Below are positions 13,567-27,286 of a stretch of DNA of 64,000 bases, one piece after another; the stretch's first letter is position 1, and each line of letters starts with the position of its first letter. The notes beneath the pieces were generated by a model. That model had not been told where the DNA came from and made no database searches. It saw nothing but the letters and a program-made list of their open reading frames with translations. The translations under genes were made by a program, and so were the position numbers. The stretch is from Eledone cirrhosa (taxonomy: Eukaryota). The stretch lies in contig OZ024763.1 of the NCBI GenBank assembly GCA_964016885.1, forward strand, positions 11,904,001-11,968,000, in the 5' to 3' direction.

Positions 13567-13812
13567 CTATATATATATATAAAATGTTTATCTTGGGTTC
13601 AATTGGGGGTAACCACAGTAAGATACTCAATACATATCAGAGTATAAATATTTAATGTAGAAATGGCTTCTACAGGTCTAGATCTGTTTCATTTGGAGGA
13701 AATCATCAGGAATTCCTGGTGATTTCCTCCGAATGAAATAGTTCTAGTCCTGTAGAGGCCATTTCTACATTAAATATATGTCTTTGTGTTTGTGTGTGTG
13801 TGTATAAATATG

Positions 13813-14070
13813 ATCATCATCATCATTGCTTAATGTCCATCTTCCACGCTAGCATGGGTTAGACGGTTTTGTTCCATTTAATGCGGGATTGGTCGGGAGT
13901 AGGTAGAAATTCCATTCTATGGCCCAAATGCAAACTATGGGTTCATAAAAGATGTGCGATCACAGGTAAGCTATCTAAGAATGTAGATTTTATATATGGC
14001 CGATGCTTAGGGTCAGTAAGTAGCAAGGGTCCACTGGATGCTGTCCCCTTCAACTGCCCAGATATTAAAT
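13813..14070. mobile_element. RTE LINE fragment with inverted internal piece
   Basis: The LINE 3' terminus is on the minus strand (13813-13870) and is joined to a plus-strand piece encoding GVGRNSILWPKCKLWVHKRC (zinc-finger region). Confidence 0.75.
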
Positions 14071-14624
14071 GATGTGATATATAGTCACTTTCCTTCCTCT
14101 ATACACTGTGTGTGTGTGTGTGTGTATATGTGTTTAACAGAAATTAAATGTTGATGATGGTAAATATATATATATATAGTCACTTCCCTTTCACTGTGTG
14201 TGTGTATATATATATATATATGTGTGTGTGTGTATATATGTGTGTGTGTGTGTATTAAAATATATGCCAATGGTGGCAGCAATTATAATAATGATGAAGA
14301 AAGAAAAGGGAGAGAGGGAGGTGGGGAGTTACTACTGTTGTTGTTGTTGTTGAGGTTGTCATACAGCTTTAATACTGCTGTTATGTAATTTACATATTAA
14401 ACATGAAATGTTTATTGGGTATTTTTCAGTTTTGTTAACATATTACATGCTTGGATAAAGTTGAAATATAAATTATAATCTATTAAACTGGAGTTTCATT
14501 TTATTGTTAGCATAAATTGAATGTCACATTTATTATTATTATTATTTCTCCCTCCCTCCCTCCCTCCCTCTCGTGTGTGTGTAAGGAATATATATCTCAT
14601 ATATATATTCATTTCATTTTTTTT

Positions 14625-14955
14625 TCATTTCATTTTACGTCCACTTTTCCCTGCTTGCAAGGGTGGGACGGGAACTGATTCTGGCTTGATTTCTACAGCT
14701 GGATGCCCTTCCTAACACCAACCTCATTTACAGTGAGTGCTGGGTGCTTTTTTTCCATGGCGCCTACACGACCACTTTGCAGTGGAATGATAGGGACCCC
14801 AGTCCCTATCATCTCATTTCTACAGCTGAGTAAACTGGAGCAATGTGAAATAAAGTGTCTTGCTCAAGGAAACAACACATCACCTGGTCTGAGAATTGAA
14901 CTCACAACCTTTCGATTGCAAGCACAATGCTCTAACCACTAAGCCATGTGATTCC
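14625..14955 (-). mobile_element. CORE-SINE family 1, full length
   Basis: Near-identical to the other copies (gives the recurrent [11 protein letters not shown]... ORF). Confidence 0.9.
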
Positions 14956-15033
14956 ATATATATATATATATGGAAACAACAAACAGAAGTACAAAAAGTC
15001 TTATTAGTTCCACGCTTTATACATACATATATA

Positions 15034-15312
15034 TCATCATCACCGTTTTACATCCATTCTTCCAAGCTAGCATGGGCTAGACAGGTTGTTCTGTTGTGGG
15101 CAATGCCAGGTCGGGTGACCTTGTCTTGCTCATAAGGGAACTGATTTTGGTTTGATTTCTACAGCTGGATGCCCTTCCTAACACCAACCTCATTTACAGT
15201 GAGTGCTCGCTGGGTGCTTTTTTACCGTGGCGCCTACACATCCACTTTACAGTGAGACGTTTTCGCCGTAACATCTCCACAACCACTTGGGAGGGGGTGG
15301 GTGCATATTGTC
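15034..15312 (-). mobile_element. RTE LINE 3' UTR fragment
   Basis: Colinear with 39941-40235, including the G-run. Confidence 0.85.
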
Positions 15313-15335
15313 TATTATATATATACGTACACATA

Positions 15336-15409
<74 letters not shown>

Positions 15410-15718
15410 AGAAAAAAGAGAATCAGTGTTACGACGAAAAGAATTTATTGGACATATTACAATTGTTTCGCAGGAGACCAGCTCGAGGCATGATCGATGT
15501 GGTGATCAAACCTGACTCTGAAATCGCGTGGTCCTCGGATACGTCTCGATTCTACGAAGCAGATTTTCCTATATATATATAAAACAAAATTTAATTCGAA
15601 TAAAACAGTTCTAGTCCTGCAGAAGCCATTTCTATATTAGATTGTGTTGTATACACTCTACTAATGTATTGAGTACCTTACTTACTGTGGTTGCGTCCCC
15701 GATTGAACCTGGGACTCA

Positions 15719-15790
<72 letters not shown>

Positions 15791-16442
15791 ATATATATAT
15801 ATATATTAAACGATGATGATGATGATGATGATGATGATATATATATATATACCCATGCAAGCGTGGAAGATGGACATTAAACGATGATGATGATGATGAT
15901 GATGATATATATATAAAATAAGAAACAGTAGAAAATGCTAATAGAATTTTATCATGGAAAAAGAGAAAAACATTTTTTTTTAAAGTATGACCAGTTTCAG
16001 TCGATAAAATGCATATTTAAAAAATTAGTCACTATAATACATTGCATTTCAATGAATAATATCACTTAGAATATAATTCAGAGAAGCTTATAAATACAAA
16101 TATTGAACTATATCAGATATGGCTCAGAAGGAACAGGAATCATCTCTGATGATCAAGCAGAAATAAATATCTTAATTTGTTGAGATGGCAAATTCTGTTA
16201 CTTTTAGTTTGTGAAACTGTAGTAAGGGAAAAATTTGTTATGCCCTCTAGATTTAGGTTGCTTGACAAGAAGTTTACTCCTGATATATATATATAGCTTC
16301 CTGATGATTTCTTCCAAATGAAACAGTTCTAGTCCTGTAGAAGCCATTTCTATATTAAATATTTATGCTCTGCTATGTATTGAGTACCTTAGTTTCTGTG
16401 GTTACCCCCGATTGAACCCAAGATAAACATATATATATGTAT

Positions 16443-16492
<50 letters not shown>

Positions 16493-16496
<4 letters not shown>

Positions 16497-16590
16497 TAAT
16501 AATAAATGAGAAATACTTTCATAACCAAAGTATATATTTTATTATATATACTTTGGTTATGAAAGTATTTCTCATTTATTATTATTTTGA
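16493..16590. repeat. AT-rich near-perfect inverted repeat (~45-bp arms)
   Basis: aaaataataataaatgagaaatactttcataaccaaagtatata / tatatactttggttatgaaagtatttctcatttattattatttt. Confidence 0.9.
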
Positions 16591-16747
16591 ATAATATAGA
16601 TACTCCAGAAAAATTACTGTTGCGTGCTTCTAATCTGTTATAAAAATGAATTCGTTGAATAATCAATGAACCATATAAACTTTTGGTTATATATATATAT
16701 ATATATATATAATACAACACAAAGACTAGATTTCATAATTTGTTTAA

Positions 16748-16957
16748 CCCTTTAGCATTTAAACCGGCTATATCCAACCAAAATTCTCTCACCTCTTTCT
16801 GCTCAAACCGGCTGTAACTGGATATTCATAGTGATGTTAAGGTATTGTTCTCAAAATAAATAAAATAAATATTTTATAGATTCAATGTGAGATAATTATG
16901 TAAGCCTTTATTGTAAAAATTCAATAGTAAATATAGAGTAATGTAAATACTAAAGGG
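16748..16957 (+). mobile_element. piggyBac-like TTAA MITE (family P1, ~210 bp)
   Basis: TTAA|CCCTTTAGCATTTA ... TAAATACTAAAGGG|TTAA. Confidence 0.9.
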
Positions 16958-17112
16958 TTAAACGCCGTCCTACGCTACCCACATGATACCATACAAAATT
17001 GGTAGAATACACATGACGTTGAGTACTTTTTCCTTATTACACCATCGTTTTCATGATTAGAGTGGCATAATCCCAACACTGGCTACCTATTAGGAAACAC
17101 CCTATTACACAA

Positions 17113-17174
<62 letters not shown>

Positions 17175-17554
17175 GTAAAGCATGTCCAGAGAATTATTTG
17201 ATAATATATATACATCATCTCTACTCCCAATCAGCATAATTAACCACACAAAAAATCAATTAGACCAGGCTATAAGAATAAAAGGCATCTATGAAGAAAC
17301 AGTAAATAAATACGCCACAGCGGCGTCTTCGCGTCCAACCGCTATAGAATATTTACCCAACATTTCGACAGCACGTGGAAATTAATTAAATATACAGTCA
17401 ACCATACATAATTAGTTAAAAATTAAAGTTAGAAATGCTTATATACATACCAGGATTATATATATATAATATGTGTGTGTGATAACATAAAATTTGAAGT
17501 GATTTAATAAATGAAATTTTCTCATAATTAATCTGGTGTTTGAAGTATATGCGA

Positions 17555-17906
17555 TCATTTCATCATCATCATCATCATTTCACTTTACGTCCGCTTTTTC
17601 TCTGCTTGCAAGGGTGGGACGGGAACTGATTCTGGCTTGATTTCTACAGCTGGATGCCCTTCCTAACACCAACCTCATTTACAGTGAGTGCTGGGTGCTT
17701 TGTTGTCGTGGCACCTACACGACCACTTTGCAGTGCAATGATAGGGACCCCAGTCCCTATCATCTCATTTCTACAGCTGAGTAAACTGGAGCAATGTGAA
17801 ATAAAGTGTCTTGCTCAAGGAAACAACACATCACCCGGTCTGAGAATTGAACTCACAACCTTTCGATTGCAAGGCCAATGCTCTAACCACTAAGCCATGT
17901 GCCTCC
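17555..17906 (-). mobile_element. CORE-SINE family 1, full length
   Basis: Same head, CORE, hairpin and tail. Confidence 0.9.
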
Positions 17907-17984
17907 ATTTTTTATGGATGTACTAACCTTATTGCTTGGGCCACAAACCTGGGCTCTGCAATGCAAAGGAGAAGGAGATTGTCA

Positions 17985-18208
17985 AATACTTGGGCAGGGC
18001 AGACCACAGGACCCCTGGCCTTCTTGCTCCTCACCCTTATGATACTTGGGCAGACAGACCTCAGGACCTCTGGCCTTCTTGCTCCTCACCCTTATGATAC
18101 TTGGGCAGGACAGACCTCAGGACCTCTGGCCTTCTTGCTCCTCACCCTTATGATACTTGGGCAGGACAGACCTCAGGACCTCTGGCCTTCTTGCTCCTCA
18201 CCCTTATG
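17985..18208. repeat. ~56-bp tandem repeat (4 copies)
   Basis: gatacttgggcag(gac)agacctcaggacctctggccttcttgctcctcacccttat. Confidence 0.9.
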
Positions 18209-19306
18209 ACTTTCTCAGCAACATCAGAAAGACAGTGGCCTGCTTGAGGAGGGAGCCTTGTGAGGTGGGTTGCCTGTTGCTGTGAGTGTCTCTGGCCATT
18301 CTCCGCAGTAAAGCTTTGCCATTTTGTCCGATGTGCAGACCGTTCAGACTGGGGTTTAGTGACTGCCCTTCCCCCTCTCCCTTTCTTTCACTGCTTGATT
18401 CTTCTTTCTTTTTCCTTCTATGTCTACTCATTTTAATAGTGTTTTGTTCCTATTAGATACTGTTCAATTATCTTTATATAATGTCAATGGCCTTTCATGA
18501 CATTGAGAGATTTTGTATATTGAATAAATTATAAGTGTCAGTTTCTTTATTATGATAACTTAACAAAGGTTCTGGGGTGACCTGGTTTATTGTATGTTGA
18601 GTGGGGAGTTAGCTGGCAACAGACATCTTCACTGAATTCTAGAACAGTGGCTTTCAATTGTAATGGGTTAAGGTGTGATTACTTATCTACTAGACTACAT
18701 TGTATTACGTCAGGTAGAAGGGTCTGCTTTCTAGGATGACCTCCTTCCCACCAATCTAAAAACCACTGAATAGGGCCTTGGGCATTAATAGGACTGAGGT
18801 GGTTAATGTGCTGGTTATATGGGGCTATATATTGAACTGCTGCTGCTCTTGATGCAAACTATCACCCTCACACCACCACCACCATCAACATCACTGCCAA
18901 TACCACCATCACCATGATAACTGCTACTACCATCACCTCCAACTACTTCATCATTACCACCAACACTACTATCACCACCAACACCATCACCACCACGAAC
19001 ACCACTATCACCACCTACACCATCATAATCCCTACCAACACCACTATCACCACCAACACCACTATCACCACCAACACCATCATAATCCCTACCAACACCA
19101 CTATCACCACCAACACCATCATCACCACCAACAACACTATCACCCCCAACACCATCATCACCACCAACACCATCATAATCCCTACCAACACCCATCACCA
19201 CCATCACCACCACCACTTCACATGAACTATCTGCTTTGCTCCACCAATATGACTGACTCACTCCACTCTAAAAATATAAAAATAAACCCAGATTCTACAT
19301 ATGTGT

Positions 19307-19365
<59 letters not shown>

Positions 19366-19538
19366 AAATGAGATCTTTAATATATCTCATACAAAATAAT
19401 ACAGCCAATTATCCACAAAATACAATATAGTTAGCACCCCAAACGTTTAATTGGGAATATACTCCTGTATTTCCTAGTTGAGTGAGTTGGAAATTGGTCG
19501 GAGTATCGCTATTAGCTTTCTCTGTTTATGGTATTATG

Positions 19539-19578
<40 letters not shown>

Positions 19579-20574
19579 GCACACACATATGTATACACAC
19601 ACATGCTTACACTTCATAGATCAGTGATTAATGGCAGGAAGAGCACCCAACTGTGAAAACAAATGGGGGTGAAGGGGGCGCTTTCATCCTGCAACAACAA
19701 AGCACTCTCTCCCCATCAACCTATAAACAGTCATAGAAAACTGGGAGTGTGACCCTCCCCTTTAACTCCCCAAATACTTCAAACAGAACTTACCCGCTTT
19801 TGTTTAGCCAGCAAGTTTTAAACCTCCATTGTGTGAATTGAAATAATAAATGCCCTACCTCCCTTGAAGATATACCTGAAAGGATGATCTAGTACCCAGA
19901 AAAATGTTTCCTTGGTCTGATCTAATGATCACCTCCTTTCTTCTGTCAGGAGTTGTGATCTACAGACAGTATCAACAATAGAAAGACCAATGGAAACATT
20001 GTTTCTTTGGTTTGATCTGATGATCAGCTCCTTTCTTTTGCCAGGACATGTGACTGGCAGACAGCATCAGCAATGGAAAGACCAATGGAAACATTGTTTC
20101 CTTGGTCTGATCTGATGATGTGTTGCTATTCCTAGATCAACTCTGCTCCAGCTGGGCTGTGTTCGAAGTATTTCCAACCAGGACCATCCAGTCTTTTCCT
20201 TTTGTAAAACATAGGAAGGATTGAGGGTTGCAGGGAAATGTCTCTCATTTGTAATCATGGAAGGGGAAGGAAGGGTTGGGAGTTACTTTAACTAATTAAT
20301 ATGTAAATTGATATGTAAATTAATATGTAAATGAGCTTGGCTATTTAAGTACTGACTTCAGTGGATCAGTGTTTAAACATTACTCTGATTTCACTGTAAT
20401 CTATTTCCATCACACATATACACACAAACATGTACATACATATATACATATCCCAGTATATGCATACGTATACATGCCTAGAAATATATACACACACACA
20501 CCTATATACATATATACTTATATATATATACCCCTGTATATGCTTACACACATATACTCATACATGCATACACA

Positions 20575-21030
20575 TCGATGGATCTCTGTCAGTTTCTACG
20601 GTGAGTGAGTATTCCACTGACTCATGTAAACTTAATGTAATTTTCAGGGAGATTCAGTGTGCTACAGTGTGTGACACGACTGTCCCTTTGAATTACAGAT
20701 ACAGTCCATCTGATAGGCTTCCAAACAGTCTCTGTCTACCCAATTCCACCCACAAGACACAGGTTGACCTGAAGTTTTAGTAAATAACACTAGTCTAAGA
20801 TATTACACTGTGGGATTGAACCTGGGACCTAATGGTTGTGAACAGGGCCGGATTTAGGACAAATGTGGCCTTGTGCTAGTTAAGTTATGAGGCCTCTTAC
20901 TTGGGCCCTGAAGGAGGTAGGCCCAATAAAGAAAATTGTTTTTGGCAGGAAGATGGGCTCCTCTCCCCTCAAGCAGTTTGGTAAATCTGGCACTGGTTGT
21001 GAAGTGGACTTCTTAACCTCTTGGCCATGT
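20575..21030 (-). mobile_element. tRNA-derived SINE family 3, interrupted by a hAT MITE
   Basis: Head gccacatggccaagaggttaagaag...caggttcaatccc on the minus strand. The tail contains the gggagattcag..tgacac..ccctttgaattacag unit also found at 23225-23710, 25580-25745 and 43510-43980. Confidence 0.75.
20843..20995. mobile_element. hAT-type MITE (153 bp)
   Basis: TIRs CAGGGCCGGATTTA / TAAATCTGGCACTG and a perfect 8-bp TSD GTTGTGAA (20835-20842, 20996-21003). Confidence 0.9.
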
Positions 21031-21264
21031 GGCATGTATGTGTATATATATATATATATCATCATGATATGTATATATAATGTTGGTACCACAAAGCACC
21101 CAGCACACACTGTAAATGTAGTTGGGGCTAGGAAGGGCATACAGCTGTAGAAAACCAGCCAGAGACACAGTCACCCAATCCAACTTGCCTCTAATTGGAC
21201 AAATACGTCTAACCCATGCTAATGTGGTAGATAGATGTTAAACAATGATATATATAAATATATA

Positions 21265-21335
<71 letters not shown>

Positions 21336-23224
21336 TACATCCTTATAGACACACACACGCACACCTGGAAGCTAAACTTTCTTATCAATTGGGATCTTAT
21401 TGGTTTGGTGTTCGTTAAGTAATCAATACTTATTGAATAGTACATCCCAGCCCCCCTCCTCCACCCTTCACTGTTTCCAGCTCAGCTGCTGACAGTACTG
21501 ATTAATGAATCGTTAATTAAGGTTAAAGTCAGGATTCACCCCACCCCACCGAACACTAACCACATCACCATCACCAACATCAACACTACCATCACCACTG
21601 CCACCACACACCAACCACATCACCACCACCACCACAACCATCAACACTACCCACTACCATCAACACTGCCACCACACACTAACCACATCACCACCACCAC
21701 CACACCACAAACATCAACACTACCATCACCACTGCCATCACACACCAACCACATCACCACCACCACAAACATCAACACTACCATCACCACTGCCACCACA
21801 CACCAAACACATCACCACCACTAACAACACCACCACTAACACCACCTGCACCACACAACCACTACCAACACCACCACCACACAACCACTACCTGCACCAC
21901 TAACACTAACACCACTAGCTCCACCACCACATAACCACTACCAGCACCACTAACACTACCACCACCACCACTAGCACCACCACACAACCACTACCTGCAC
22001 TACTAACACTAACACCACACAACCACTACCTGCACCACTAACACTACCACCACTAACACAACCACTACCACCACCACTAACACTACCACCACTAACACAA
22101 CCACTACCACCACCACTAACACTACCGCCACTAACACAACCACTACCAGCACCACCACCACCACCACTAACACAACCACTACCAGCACCACCACCACCAC
22201 CACCACTAACACAACCACTACCAGCACCACTAACACTACCACCACCACCACTAACACTACCACTACCACCACCACTAACACAACCACTACCAGCACCACT
22301 AACACTACCACCACCACCACTAACACTACCACTACCACCACCACTAACACAACCACTACCAGCACCACCACCAATAATAAATTAAGAAGACCAAAAGTAA
22401 AATGACTAAAATAAAGAATCTAACATATAAATAGTAAAATTTATTAATTTTCTTCTAATTAAAATTGAATAAGATTAAAGTGATAATAGTATTTCTAATA
22501 TAGTTGACCTTTGTGTCAATCTCTCACCTTTCTACACCTGTGCAGTTGTCACACAATACACCTTCTCTTTTACCATTCCACACATTACAACTTTTTAAAA
22601 TCTCTCTTAGTTGTGTTGTTGTTGTTGGTGTTACTGGTGTTGTTACTGTTGTTGTTGATGTTACTGGTGTTGTTATTGCTGTTGTTGGTGTTACTGCTGC
22701 TGTTGTTGCTGCTGTTGTTATTACTGTTGTTGTTACTGCTGCTGCTGTTGTTGTTGCTGTTGTTACTGCTGCTGATGTTATTGCTGTTGTTGGTGTTACT
22801 GCTGTTGTTACTGCTGCTGTTGTTGTTGCTGTTGTTACTGCTGCTGTTGTTACTGTTGTTGTTACTGCTGCTGTTGTTGTTGTTACTGCTGCTGTTGTTA
22901 TTACTGTCTACTTTTACATTACTGAGAAAACAACAATTGCTAAGAATCAATAGAAAATTGAAATAAACAACAATTCTTCTAATAATTGAATGTGACACAG
23001 TACCCACCCCTCTCACCACACCACACCACACCCTACTGTCCACATGCAAATACCTGTACACCCTCCCTCTCTCTTCCTCCACCTCTCTCTCCCCTTCTCC
23101 CCCTTCCCTCTGTCAATGTCAGTGAAATGAGGTGACATTCAACAACCTGATTGATTTATGAATTATTTGTCAACAACCCTTGTTAGTTACTGTAAAACAT
23201 GAGTTAATGGTTGCTATGGTGTTG

Positions 23225-23710
23225 GAATGGATCTCCGTCGGTTTCAACGATGACTGTTGTTTGGTTAATGGAGCAGTCTGCTCATTTTGTATTATAGTAT
23301 AAGTGTCTAAACATTTCACAGACACATGTAACCGTAACATAATTCTCAGGGAGATTCAGCATGACACAGTGTATGACATGGCTGGCCTTTTGAATTACAG
23401 GTACAGTCCATCTTATATTATAGTGTAAGTGGCTGAGTATTCCGTCAGTATGTGTTACCACAACAACATAATTCTCAGGGAGATTCAGTGTGACAGTATG
23501 TGACAAGGTTGACTCTTTGAATTACAGGTACAGTCCATCAAGTGTTAAAGTGTAAGTGGTTGAGTATTCTACAGACACATGTACACTTTATGGAATTCTC
23601 AGGGAGATTCAACATGATATAGTATGTGACAAAGGTGGCCCTTTGAATCACAAGTACAGTCCATCTGAGAGGCTTCCAAACAGTCACTGTCTACCCAAAT
23701 TCACTTCCCT
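23225..23710 (-). mobile_element. Family-3 SINE tail with ~125-130-bp unit triplicated
   Basis: Three diverged copies of aattctcagggagattcag...tttgaattacaggtacagtccat. Confidence 0.75.
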
Positions 23711-23943
23711 CTTTGCACTGGTCACTGTCGAGACCTTAGGTGTACATCATGGACTCTGTCCTGCCGAGCTCCTCCACAGCCTGTCTGAGTAAAGAACCCC
23801 ATGAGGTGGGGTCCATTCTGTCTGCCGGGGCTGTGGGTGGGGCCCCCATTGCGTACCTTTGTAGTTGTTGCATACAGATGATATATATATGTATATTATT
23901 GTAAATAATATACATATATATATCATCTGTATGCAACAACTAA

Positions 23944-24133
23944 AGGGCGGTAGATTGGCAGTATCGGTAGAGGGTCGGACGCCATGCTTTCCAGCATAGT
24001 TACGTCCCTTTACGGTCAGTGTTCAAATCCCGCCGAGGTTGACTTTGCCTTTCATCCTTACGGGGTCGATAAAATAAAGTACCAGTAATGCACTGGTTAA
24101 TTGCTGGCCTTGTGCCTAAAGTAGAAACAATTA
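23944..24133 (+). mobile_element. Family-2 SINE
   Basis: Near-identical to 7063-7252. Confidence 0.88.
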
Positions 24134-25996
24134 TTGTAAATATGTGTTTGCATGTATGTATATAATACAGATATGTGTATATGTAGATGTACATGTGTGT
24201 GTGTGTGTGTGTTTGTATGTGTATACACACACATATACACACTGTTGTCCAACCCTTGCTTTAAATGATGATGATGACACACTCATTTGACCTATTTAAC
24301 CAAACAGTAATTACTAATATAGTAGTAGTAACAACATTAGTGTTAGTAGTAGTAGTAGTTGTGGTGGTAGTAGTAGTATGACCAATTGTTACTACTCACC
24401 TAAATGACCAGTAGTATTAGTAGTGGTGGTGGTAGTAGTAGTAATGTAACCAATTGTTACTACCTACCTTAATGACCAATAGTAGTAGTAGTAGTAGTGT
24501 GACCAATCGTTACTACCTACCTTAATGACGTAGTAGTAGTAGCAACAACAGTAGTGGTAGTAGTAGTAGTAGTAGTAGTTGTTGTTGTGGTGGTGGTAAC
24601 AGCAGTAGTAGTAGTAGTGACACTAGTAACATCAGTAGTAGTAGTAGCAGCAACAGTAGTAGTAGTAACAGTAGAGGTAGTAGTAGTAGCAGCAACAGTA
24701 GTTGTAGTAGTAACAGTAGAGGTAGTAGTAGTAGTAGTAACAGTAGTAGTAGTAACAGTAATAGTAGTAGTATCAGTAACAGTAGAGGTAGTAGTAGCAG
24801 CAGCAGCAGCAGTAGTAACAACAGTAATAACAGTGGAGGTAGTAGTAGTAACAGTAGTAGTAGTAGTAGTAGTATCAGTAACAGTAGAGGTAGCAGTAGT
24901 AGTAACAGTAGTAGTAGTAGTATCAGTAACAGTAGAGGTAACAGTAGTAGTAGTATCAGTAACAGTAGAGGTAGTAGTAGTATCAGTAACAGTAGAGGTA
25001 GCAGTAGTAGTATTAGTAGTAGTAGTAGTAACAGTAGTAGTAGTAGTAGTAGTAACAGTAACAGTAGAGGTAGCAGTAGTAGTAGTACTAGTAGTAGTAG
25101 TAACAGTAGAGGTAGCAGTAGTAGTATTTACTAATTGTTACTACGTACTTTAATGACCAGTTTTTGCTCAACTCATCAAAAATTAAGTCTGAAACAGAAA
25201 TTGGTTAAATAATCTTTGGAATGTCTTCCTGTCCTCACTGTTTCTTGTCTAGCAATTACTGTATTCTGGACACTGGTCATTTGGTCACTTTATCTTAGTG
25301 CACTCTCATTCTGTCCTTCTTTACCACCCCCTCTCTCTCTGTCCTTCTCCACCACATTCTCTCTCTCTCACACTTCACTCTGTCCTTTTTCATGACTATC
25401 TCTCTATCTCTCTCCCCCATGTCTTTCTTCACCACATTCCCCCTCTCTCTCTCTATCTCTTTGTCTTATTTCACCAGTCTATTTCTCTCTCTCTCTCTCT
25501 CCCTCTCTCTCTCTCTCTCTCCCTCTCTCTCTCCTTCAGTCTCTCTCACTCACTCTCTCTCACTCACTCGTAATTCAAATGGCCAGTCTTTGAACACACT
25601 ATCTCCTTGAGAATTACATTAAGGGTATGTACCCTTAACGTTCCTGTGGAATACTCGGCCACTTCCACATGCAGGCTCTTCCATTGTTCAGACAACTGGT
25701 GGACTCATCATCTAAACTAAAGGAGGCCCATCAGATGACTCTATCATGTCACCACTCTAATTCCCACAACTGTTTACACTTGGTATTCCAACAGAGTATA
25801 GCAATTACTGTCTCTCTTCCACACCTCCTCCACCTCTCTATGTTTGTCTGTCTCTTTCTCTCTCAACTCCTCTTTCAGTGTCTCTGTTGTGTTATTTTGT
25901 CACATCACCACTCTAATTCTCAACTGTTTACACTTAGTATTCCATTAGAGTATAGCAATTACTGTCTCTCTTCCACACCTCATCAACCTCTCTCTG

Positions 25997-26073
<77 letters not shown>

Positions 26074-27286
26074 TCTCTTTCAGTGTCTCTGTTATGTTAT
26101 TTTGTCACGTCACCACTCTAATTCTCACCACTGGGTGTGTATATCTCCTTAATTGTTCAGGTCTTAGATATTTAGTATTCCAATAAAGCCAATTGATTAC
26201 TTTCTGTTTCACACCTCTCCTCACTCACTCACTCTCTTACTCACATGTGTGCATGTGTGAAGGCTAAATATTTATTTCAGAAGTTTCCTGTGTCACTTAT
26301 TTTCTCTAGTTGTGTCGTGAAATTTGCTAACCCTTTCGAACAACCCATTTTCAAAGGGTCCTATTTAATTGAAAATCTTCCAATATAATTTGATATTAGA
26401 GTTATTATCCTGTAATGAAATAATGACTTCAGCAAATCTCTCAAAATTCTTCATTAACACTTTTGATACAAGTGCAGCCAAAATCAGATCTGGTTCTATG
26501 AAACAAAACCACTCATTTAAGAGTTCCTATTGTTAAATCAAATGTTTACAGTATCTTTACTATTGGAGAAATCCTTGTAAACATTAAAGACTTAAATTTT
26601 TAATGTGATGCCATCAGAGTGTTGTTTTATACTTTTCAAGAATATCTTGTGAATGTGGTTTCATGTGGCTTGATAATTCTAATGTTTGCAGCATCTTTCA
26701 TAGATTGTGAAATTTTTAATGCGATGTAGTCAAAGTGCTGTTCTGTTCTGTACTTTTCAATAATGCTTTGTTAATGCTGCTACATGTGGCAGAGAATATC
26801 AAGAGTTAACGTGGTCTCATGTGGTAGAGGATGTTAAGAATTAATGTGCTCTCATACGGTAGAGGATGTTAAAAGTTAATGTGGACATGTGATAGATGTT
26901 ACAAGTTAATGGGGTCCCATGTGGTAGAGGATTTTAAGTTAATGTGGTCTATGTAGCATATATTAAGAGTTAGTGCTGTCACATCTGGTAGAGGTTAAGA
27001 ATTAACATGGTCACATGGGGTAGATGTTGTTAAGAATTAATGTGGTCAAATGTGATAGATGTTAAGAATTAATGTGATCACACGTGGTAGATGTTACAAG
27101 TCAATGCAGCCACATGTGGTAGATGTTACAAGTCATTGCAGCCACATGTGGTAGATGTTACAAGTTAATGCAGTGTCATGGAACTGAGAATATGTAGTAC
27201 AAAGCTGTCAGTATATTTACTGAAGTTGGTATGAAGCTAATTAGTAGTAGTTAATTAATATTAATGTAATAATTAGCATTAGATTG

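Noticed and set aside
14703-14942. Recurrent 79-aa [17 protein letters not shown]... as a multicopy gene family
   Set aside because: It is the antisense reading of the family-1 SINE; its conservation reflects repeat youth.
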